Source of the DNA: an uncultured Marinilabiliaceae bacterium
GTDB taxonomy: Bacteria; Bacteroidota; Bacteroidia; Bacteroidales; Marinilabiliaceae
DNA length: 64,000 nt
Reading direction: 5' to 3'
NCBI GenBank assembly: GCA_964481855.1
Contig: CAYZUH010000016.1
Location: forward strand, 2,917-66,916
Program-made: the position numbers and the translations under genes
Shown here: piece by piece, positions 55,800-64,000 of the stretch
Position numbering within the stretch: position 1 is the first letter of the stretch
Layout: each line of letters begins with the position of its first letter
The notes under the pieces: generated by a model
Databases searched by the model: none
The model's input: the letters and a program-made list of their open reading frames with translations, nothing else
Told to the model about the DNA's origin: nothing

Positions 55800-57461
55800 T
55801 TAATTCCACCCGGGGTTGTTGGCCGTTATATATGGGTTGCCCTCCACCTCGTCGATGGGAATCGGCAACCACTCGTTCTTTCCCTCTTGGAAGCCGAGGT
55901 ATGCGGAAATGTTGTACTGCTTGAAATTAGGGTCTTCCGCCTCCAACTTCTTGAACCTAGCCGCCAGCTCGCCCCACCGGAGCAAGTCGAAGAAACGGTG
56001 CCCCTCGCCGGTCAACTCTAGAATCCTCTCTTTCTTAATGTCCTCAATATTCACGCTCTGCAAGGCGGGCATATTGACGCTCTTCCTGGCCCTCACCTTG
56101 TTGACCGCCTCCATGGCGGAGAGAGACCGTTGCGTCGCCCCCGACACAACGCATTCGGCATACATGAGGAGGACGTCCGCAAAACGGATATAGGGGTAGT
56201 TGAGCCCGTTGGCTCTCAGGTTTCCGAACCACATGCCGTTGCCCGGATTCTTACTCGGGAGAGTCCAATCCATGCCCTTTCGGCACGCGCTCTTATATTT
56301 GCCGGCTTGCGCATTGACCGCGGCAAAGCCATCATCACCATAGTAATCCGCCCAAGTCATGCCGTCGACGACCGTCACGGCGTCACCCTCCTTGGCATTA
56401 ATCTGGGGGGCCTTGTCGTCGAAAATGAGCGTGCCGAACATACGGCTGTCGGTGTGCCCCTCGGCGTCTTTGCTATCCACAAAAGCCTGCCACACCCAAT
56501 CGTGGCAAACATGCGCATTGTTGTTCGCGAGCCGCGAGGGGGGCTGAGTCCCTCGGGGGTCTCTCCAGACCCCGCTCGTGGTAAGTCCGGGGTTGAAGCC
56601 GGTGTTGACGGCATCGCCCATGAACTGCAGCTCAAAAATCGACTCGTCGTTGTTCTCCGTCGCGACGCAAAAAAGGTCGCCATATTCATCCACGATGCGG
56701 TAGTCCCCGTGCCTCCCGCTTATCACCTCGTCAAAACATTGGGCCGCCTCGTTGTAGTAGTTCTGCGCCGTACCATATTTTGTCTCGATTCCGGTGCGAT
56801 AGAGATATACTTTCCCGAGCAAAGCCGCCGCGCTGCCACTCGTGACGCGCCCCAGGTCGTCCTCCGTCCAATAGCCTTTTGGCGGCAACAGCTCCTTGGC
56901 CCTCTGGAGGTCGGCGACGATGAAGTCCCAAGCCTCGTCGGGCGACGCTTGCGGGCGATAGTTCTTGGCAGAGGTGGGGAACTCGCTCATCAGCGGGATA
57001 TTGCGCCAATTGACCAGGAGGAAGAAATGCGAGAAAGCCCGGAGGAAATAGGCCTCGCCAAGATAGGCGTTCTTCAACTGCGCGTCTTCCATGTCCACGC
57101 CGGGGATGCACTCAATCATTTGGCACGCTTGCGAGGCGGCCGTGTAGAAAAGCTGGAACGGTTGCACTAGAGTGTACCACGACGTGGTCAGAGCCGTGCA
57201 ATACTGCCCCGGCACCCCATAGTCCGTACGGTCGCTCTCTTCGTCGCCCCTGTTGACGAGCAGACGGATTCCCGCCGCCCCCATGGCGCGGGGCGTGGTC
57301 ACGTAGGAGTAAATCCCCAAGACGCCCTGATTGAGCGTCTTCTGTGATGTATAGAACTGCGCGACGTCCATCTGGTTCGGATTGACCGCAAGGTCGTCAA
57401 AAACATCTTGGCAAGACGCCATCGACAGCGTGGCCGCGACGGCCGCGAAAATTCTTTTCAT
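55800..57461 (-). CDS. RagB/SusD-family nutrient-binding outer-membrane lipoprotein (module 2)
   Basis: 553 aa with lipobox MASC. IKKERILELTGEGHRFFDLLRWG. Roughly 45-50% identical by eye to the module 1 SusD. Confidence 0.9.
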   Translation of the reverse strand: MKRIFAAVAATLSMASCQDVFDDLAVNPNQMDVAQFYTSQKTLNQGVLGIYSYVTTPRAMGAAGIRLLVNRGDEESDRTDYGVPGQYCTALTTSWYTLVQPFQLFYTAASQACQMIECIPGVDMEDAQLKNAYLGEAYFLRAFSHFFLLVNWRNIPLMSEFPTSAKNYRPQASPDEAWDFIVADLQRAKELLPPKGYWTEDDLGRVTSGSAAALLGKVYLYRTGIETKYGTAQNYYNEAAQCFDEVISGRHGDYRIVDEYGDLFCVATENNDESIFELQFMGDAVNTGFNPGLTTSGVWRDPRGTQPPSRLANNNAHVCHDWVWQAFVDSKDAEGHTDSRMFGTLIFDDKAPQINAKEGDAVTVVDGMTWADYYGDDGFAAVNAQAGKYKSACRKGMDWTLPSKNPGNGMWFGNLRANGLNYPYIRFADVLLMYAECVVSGATQRSLSAMEAVNKVRARKSVNMPALQSVNIEDIKKERILELTGEGHRFFDLLRWGELAARFKKLEAEDPNFKQYNISAYLGFQEGKNEWLPIPIDEVEGNPYITANNPGWN

Positions 57462-57474
57462 GACGATATAGAAA

Positions 57475-60400
57475 CTATAGTTTCACACTGAGCCCGACAT
57501 TGAAAGTCCGGCTGTTTACTGTTGGGGCGTAGTTCTGGAGTCCGTCCAGGCCACGGTCGAAAAGCGTGTTGCTGCTCACTTCGGGGTCGTAGAGCGAGTA
57601 GTCCGTCAGCGTGAAAAGATTGGTGACCCCGACGTAGAGACGCGCGGACTGCACAAACCCCATTTGAGGGAACGAGTAGCCTAGCTGCAGGTTCTTGCAA
57701 CGGAAGTAGGAGCCATCCTCGACATAGAAAGAACTCGGAAGCGCATTGCCACCATTGCGGTTGTCGGTTTTTGCTATGGGAAGGGCCGCGGAACTGTTGG
57801 AGGCCGTCCAGGAGCCGCTCATGGCATCGCGCAACGTGTTGGTGTTGTAGTCGAAATAGAGGAAATACTTTCCCGCCGCAAAGATGTCGTTTCCGTGCGT
57901 CCCCTGGAAAAAGGCCGTCAAGTCCCAACTCTTCCACCCAAGGTTGACGTTGATGCCATAAGTGAAATCGGGAATGGGGTTGCCAATCACCTGCTTGTCG
58001 TCATCGGAGACCTCGCCCGGGGCTTTTGCCAATCCGTCCGCCCCCAGGAACATGAAGTCGCCAGTCTCGGGATTCACACCCATCACCTTGTAGCCCCAAA
58101 ACGAGCCAATGGGCAACCCCGCCATGGTGATGGACGGACGGTCGTTGAACTTGTCACTGAGCATATTGCCGCGGATGGGCTGGACCCCATCGCCAAGAGC
58201 CTTGACCTCATTGTCCAAGAAAGAGATGTTGCCGCTGAGGTCAACAGACCAGTCAGACCACGCGCGACGATAGCCGACGGTGAACTCCCACCCCTTGTTT
58301 TCGACAGACGCCGTGTTGTAGTACGGGACGTCGCCGTCGTTGATGATGATGGTCTGCCCCGACGACGGCAGCGGCTCCAGCGGGGCCAGCAAGTCCCGAT
58401 TCTCTTTCGAGAACCATTCGACCTCGAAAGTGAGCGAATTGTCTATGAAGCCGAACTCCACGCCGACGTTCTTAGACACGGCGGTCTCCCACGTGAGGTC
58501 TGGCTGCGCCAGGCGCGTGACGTAGCCGTTCTGACGGCTCCCTCCCCCGCTTCCAAAAATTGTGGGAACGGGGCCGTAGGCAAGATTGAGGAACGAATAG
58601 GGGTCTATGAAATTGGCGCCCATCTCCCCGTAGCTGGCGCGAACCTTTAGCCTCTGCATCCACGACAGGTTGAAAAAGCTCTCATTGTGCAAATTCCACC
58701 CCACACTGACGGACGGGAACCACCCGACACGGTAGCCCGACGCGAACTTTGAGCTCTTGTCGCTACGGATGCTGGCAGAGAGCAGGTACCGGCTCTTGAA
58801 AGCATAGTTCAGGCGGCCGAGGAAAGAGAACAGGGCGGCATTATTCTCCGCGGAGGTTATGGGCCCCTCGCCGTTGAAAGTGTTCACTGCGGCAGAACCG
58901 AGGTCGGCAACGCCCGAGCCGATTGCCATTGTCCGGTGAAACTCCCTCATCCAGCTCGTCCCGACAAGCACGTCGAACTCATGCCCGGCAAAATCGCCAT
59001 TGAATGTCAGCAGATTGTCTATCGTATAGTCGAACTCCTCGCCCCGGCTTTCGGACAGGCTCGTATAAGGCTGCGAAAAGCGGGAGTCCGGCGTCCCCCC
59101 GGCGTCCCAATAGGAGGCGTATTCGGGAGTGTGCGTATAGCCGTGGCTGTTCAGATAGCTCCCCGCCAAATTGAGCTTATATTTAAGCCCGGCAACCAGG
59201 TCGACAACGAGCCCCGCGCTGCCAACAATGTCGGTCTTGCGCGTCCATGCGTCGCGGTTGTAGATTAAAGCCAACGGGTTGGTGATGTCCGTTTTTAGGA
59301 GCGAATAGTCAAGCTCTTGGGGGGTGGATACATATCGCCCTCGGCTGTCTCTGACGGGAATGGTCGGTATTTGCCCAATGCGCCCTTGCGCAGACACCTC
59401 CTTCTTCTTGGTGTGAGCCAAAGACACGTTCTCAGAAATGTGGAACCTGCCGATGTCGAACGTGCTGTTGATTCTGGCATTATACTTCTCGTAGTCCGTC
59501 TCGATTACGATACCCTCCTGCTTGGTGTAGCCAAGACTGGCACTGAAAGTGTTGCTCTGCCCCCCTCCCGAAAGGCTCGCGTTGAGGCTCCACATTGGCG
59601 CCCCGCGGTAGTACAAGTCCTGCCAGTCTTGACTGTAGCCGGGGTTGGTCGGCGATACATTCTGCTCCGCACGCTCATAGCTGGGGCTGTTGTCCGCCAC
59701 CATGTTTGCGAACTGGCGCCACTCATCGGCGTTCATGAAATCCAGCTTCTTGGAGATTTTCTGCCACGACCAATTGCCGCTGACCTCCACATTGGTGCGC
59801 CCGCTCTTTCCGCTCTTGGTAGTGACCAAGACCACCCCGTTTGCGGCACGCGACCCATATATTGCGGCGGCCGAGCCGTCTTTCAGAATCTCGATGGAGG
59901 CGATGTCGTTTGGGTTGACTGAGTTCAACCCATTGAGGCCGACGGCCCCGTCGATGATGTAGAGCGGCTCGGTGCTGCCAAACGACCCGGCACCGCGAAC
60001 AACTATGCTAATATCGCCGCCGGCTTCCGCCCCGTTTTGTAAAACCTCAACACCGGGAGCGCGCCCCTGAAGAGCGGAGGCTACATTCGACGTCACCGTC
60101 TTCTGAATCTCCTCGGTTGGAACGGTAACGACAGAAGCCGTGACACTCGACTTTTTCTGCACGCCATATCCCACCACCACCACGTCGTTGAGCTCCTCGG
60201 CGTGGGAGACGAGGTAGATGCTTAGACTCTCTCTAGATTGCGCGGGGGGGGGGGGGTAAATTCTTGCGTGGCATAGCCAATAAAGGAGAATACGAGGGTC
60301 CGCCCCGGCTCTGCCAGCGTGAGGGAGAAGTTGCCGTCGGCGTCGGTAATCGTCCCGGTCTGCGTCCCCTTGACCAGGACCGAGACGCCGGGGATTGGCT

Positions 60401-60518
60401 GCCTGTCGGCCGAGTCGAAGACCCGTCCCGCCACCACGCCCTGCGCCGCGGCGGCGAGCGGCGCGAGCAGCAGGGCCACCAGGAGGCAGAGCCTGAGAGC
60501 TGAAAACTTCTTGTTCAT
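57475..60518 (-). CDS. SusC/RagA-family TonB-dependent transporter (module 2), reading frame broken at an identical C13 tract
   Basis: Same 5' cassette as module 1 (identical 134-aa track ORF at 60222-60626, real ATG at 60518). The 902-aa ORF (57475-60183) continues in another frame. 14 or 11 C would give a 1014-aa protein. Confidence 0.85.
60244..60256. repeat. Homopolymer G13 (C13 on the coding strand) inside susC of module 2
   Basis: Counted directly: 60244-60250 is seven g and 60251-60256 is six g. Confidence 0.95.
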
Positions 60519-60707
60519 ACGTTTTTCTTGTTTTGCGTTAAACATTCGGCGAATAGGGTGCGGCCGGGGGGGAGGGAGGTCTCTACATTGCGCCCCCCCC
60601 ATCCCGGCCGAGGGGGAGGCGGCCACATTGCGTCAATGTTTTCTCCATCTACAGTCTTTAGCTAAACAGGCTGTGGTTGCGCGACGGTTTACTTAATTCG
60701 TCGAGTG

Positions 60708-60739
60708 CAAATATGCGCCATTAGGAAATTCAGACCAAA
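60708..60739 (-). promoter_or_regulatory. Candidate promoter TTTG-N20-CATATTTG for susC (module 2), twin of 51274-51305
   Basis: Identical sequence within repeat copy 2. Confidence 0.45.
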
Positions 60740-60877
60740 TTTTGCGAGCAATATTTTATTATTAAGTTGAATTAATTATTCTTTTTGTCTTTTGCATGAA
60801 TTTCGCCCCCCGGTTTTGGAGCTGAGGAGCCAAGGATAAGGCGCAGGGCGGCGGCGCACCCGGCGGGTGCGGAAAAC

Positions 60878-60912
60878 GCCCCAAGTTGCACCCGGCGGGT
60901 GCAACTTGGGGC
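60878..60912 (-). other. Twin of the 16-bp-stem hairpin, here with no co-directional upstream gene to terminate
   Basis: Identical sequence within repeat copy 2. The core palindrome twin lies at 60856-60870. Confidence 0.5.
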
Positions 60913-60939
60913 TAACTTAGGCGTGAAAAGACAAGAGCA

Positions 60940-61650
60940 ATGACGGACATACGCCTCGTAAACTATATGCGCAGCCTGGTGAACGCCAACGGGATGAGCT
61001 TCCACAGGTACGCATACGACGACATAGACTGGAACCTCCGAATTTCGGCCTCGTAGGCCCCCGCGGCGGCGGCAAGACTACCCTCCTACTGCAGCGCGCC
61101 AAAGAACTTGCGGCACAGATAGGCGACGGATGGGCAAACAGAGTCTTATGCCTAGTCGGTCGACAACATATATTATCTCAGGCAAAAGCCTGGTGGAGCA
61201 GACGGACGAGTTTGTCCGCAACGGCGGTGCGCACCTCTTCATCGACGAGGTGCACAAGATATGCCAATTGGTCGAGGGAGCTGAAGCAGATATACGACAC
61301 CCACCCGGACTTGCACGCGGCGTTCACCGGCTCGTCGGTGCTGGACATCCGCATGGGCGAGGCGGACCTGAGCCGTCGTGCGCCAATATACACCATGCAA
61401 GGACTCTCGTTCCGCGAATACTTGACCTGTTTCACGGCATAGAGACCCGCCCACTGACGTTGGAAGAGATTTTGACCACAAGCCCGACGATAGACGCCCT
61501 GCCCCACCCGCTTCCGCTCTTCAAGGACTATTTGGCTCGCGGCTACTACCCATTCGCCACCGACAGCCAATTCGAGACGGAGCTCTTGCAAGTGGTGTCG
61601 CAAACCTTGGAAGTTGACATTCCCCAATTTGTGGGGATGAACGCTTTCAC
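60940..61650 (+). pseudogene. Decayed AAA_14/DUF4143-type ATPase gene (at least 4 frameshifts, 3' truncated)
   Basis: Family-typical segments occur in three different frames: MTDIRLVNYMRSL..DIDWNLRIS / GLVGPRGGGKTTLLLQRAKEL (Walker A) / LVEQTDEFVRNGGAHLFIDEVHK (Walker B) / WSRELKQIYDTHPDLHAAFTGSSVLDI...LSRRAPIYTMQGLSFREYL / LTLEEIL...FKDYLARGYYPF...QTLEVDIPQFVGMN. Homology stops about 170 aa short of the intact paralog at 19585-20760. Confidence 0.7.
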
Positions 61651-61656
61651 AAGGCG

Positions 61657-62826
61657 CTACCCGCGCGCCCGCCGCCCCGAGAGCCACCGCCGGACGGGGA
61701 CGTCGTAGAGACGCAGTGCGAGCCACGCCAGGACGAGGCTGGCGGCGACGACGGCCGCCGACTGCCACAGGGCGCCGGCGAGAGAATACGTCCCCGACCG
61801 GACAAGACAGGCGTAGAAGAGGTAGAAGAGCGGGTAGTGGACTATGTAGAGCGGGTAGGAGATGTCGCCAAGGAGACGGTAGAGGGCCGAGCGGCGCGCG
61901 CCGGCGGGACGCTCGGACGCCCCGAGCCACAGGAGGACGGGGAAGACCGCCACGATGCACACGGCCTCGAAGACGCCGTTCCAATTGACGCCCCCCGACC
62001 GCGGCAGGCAGGGGACGGCGAACAGCGCCGCCATGACCACCGACGCCAACACGAACGCCCCGCGGGCCCTGACGGGGCGGAAACGCCTGGCGAGAAGCAT
62101 CCCCAAAGTGTAGGGGAAGAGCATCCGCACGAGGCCGCACCAGAAGTTGAGCCCGTCGAGGGTCCAGCCTACGCCGAACATCCCCATCCGCGCCACGTCG
62201 CCCACGGCCATCCAGACAAGCACGACGCCAAGCAGCGACGCCACGACGGCAAGAACCCGGGTCGGCAACCGTCGGACAATCAAGGCGTAGGCCACGTTGC
62301 CAACATATTCGAAGAAGAGCGACCACGCCGGCCCGTTGAGCGGGAACATCTCGCCATTGCCGCGCACCTCGGCGGGCGAGCCGGGCAGGGCGGGAATCAT
62401 CAGCATCGTGGCCAAGAGGGCGAGCATGACCCACGAGAGGGGGACACCGGAGCCGTCCCACCTGGCGCCGCCCTGGGCGAGAAAGGCCGCCACGCCCACC
62501 ACGGCGGCGAAGACCACCATGGGGTGGAGCCTGACGAGGCGGCGGCGGAAGAAACCGCCCAGGGCGAGGCCGCGCCCCCACCGGGAGTCGTAGGCGTAGC
62601 TGATGACGAAGCCCGAGAGCAGGAAGAAGAAGTCCACGGCGAGATAGCCGTGGTTGAGGACGCCGATGACGCCGTCGCCGACACCGTTGACAGCCTCGGC
62701 AAAGGCGAAGCCCTCGAAGACATGGTGGAAGACCACCAACAGGGCCGCCACGCCCCGCAATCCGTCGAGAGCCTCGTAGTGCGGACGGGTGTCGGCAAAA
62801 AATGAGCTATGTCCTAGCGTTGTCAT
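61657..62826 (-). CDS. Acyltransferase family 3 (OafA-like) integral membrane protein
   Basis: Start trimmed to MTTLGHSSFFADTRPHYEALDGLRGVAALLVVFHHV. About 10 TM helices, with the typical acyl_transf_3 N-terminal motif. Confidence 0.8.
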   Translation of the reverse strand: MTTLGHSSFFADTRPHYEALDGLRGVAALLVVFHHVFEGFAFAEAVNGVGDGVIGVLNHGYLAVDFFFLLSGFVISYAYDSRWGRGLALGGFFRRRLVRLHPMVVFAAVVGVAAFLAQGGARWDGSGVPLSWVMLALLATMLMIPALPGSPAEVRGNGEMFPLNGPAWSLFFEYVGNVAYALIVRRLPTRVLAVVASLLGVVLVWMAVGDVARMGMFGVGWTLDGLNFWCGLVRMLFPYTLGMLLARRFRPVRARGAFVLASVVMAALFAVPCLPRSGGVNWNGVFEAVCIVAVFPVLLWLGASERPAGARRSALYRLLGDISYPLYIVHYPLFYLFYACLVRSGTYSLAGALWQSAAVVAASLVLAWLALRLYDVPVRRWLSGRRARG

Positions 62827-63091
62827 TTGAGACAAAGTTATATAAATGCGCAACAACACAAAACCATCCCCGCGACAAAACTTTTCAGCCCTACAGCTTG
62901 CCAATCAAAATCATTTGGCTACTTTCGCCATAGAAAGGGTAGACGGCGCCGCGCCGGTGATGGCGGCGGCGCGCGTCGGTTGGACGTAGACGGATAGCGC
63001 ACGATAACAGAAACACAAAAACAGCCCAACGCCGCGGCACTCCGCCTCAGGCGGACTTAGGCCGGTGGGGCGTGGTTCTCACACATATACG

Positions 63092-64000
<909 letters not shown>

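Larger units (their letters stand above)
60164..60915. repeat. Copy 2 of the 752-bp 100% identical direct repeat (partner 50730-51481)
   Basis: See copy 1. Confidence 0.9.

Overview
High-GC (about 60%) chromosomal segment with Bacteroidota hallmarks: SusC/SusD pairs, an rseC-rnfBCDGEA operon, TAnnTTTG-type promoter boxes and lipoprotein signals. I had no search tools, so every call rests on my own reading of the translations and the DNA. Positions 1-30.1 kb are housekeeping. They carry an AraC regulator (cut by the window edge), a DUF5131 protein, an HXXEE membrane protein, tRNA-Ser and tRNA-Tyr, a GNAT, a His-rich CobW-type GTPase, valS and the rnf operon. These are followed by a 0.8 kb noncoding gap, a THUMP methyltransferase, tRNA-Gly, DUF805, nifJ (PFOR), an AAA ATPase, an N-acyl-amino-acid-synthase-like GNAT, a TPR sensor kinase, xseB, NlpC/P60 and PASTA-rluD-ddl-pth-hslR-DUF4924-lipase. 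Positions 30.1-32.1 kb look like a lower-GC islet holding an orphan beta-class DNA methyltransferase (motif IV reads DGAY, not DPPY) and a small ORF split by an in-frame TGA. Positions 32.2-60.5 kb are the most interesting part: a polysaccharide-utilisation region with three SusC/SusD pairs. Its non-transport genes are four paralogous beta-propeller-like lipoproteins, two large LamG-tailed paralogs (one inactivated by a 5-bp insertion) and a coiled-coil tail-fibre-like protein. I cannot place any of these in a characterised enzyme family, and no cognate regulator is visible. The two minus-strand SusC genes share a 752-bp, 100% identical 5' cassette (hairpin, promoter, leader, signal peptide, first domain). 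Both are thrown out of frame by an identical 13-nt poly-C tract; 14 or 11 C would restore full-length proteins. That is either homopolymer phase variation or a homopolymer sequencing error. The window ends with a decayed ATPase pseudogene, an acyltransferase-3 gene and the 5' part of purL. Many long ORFs in the track are antisense artefacts of the high GC content.
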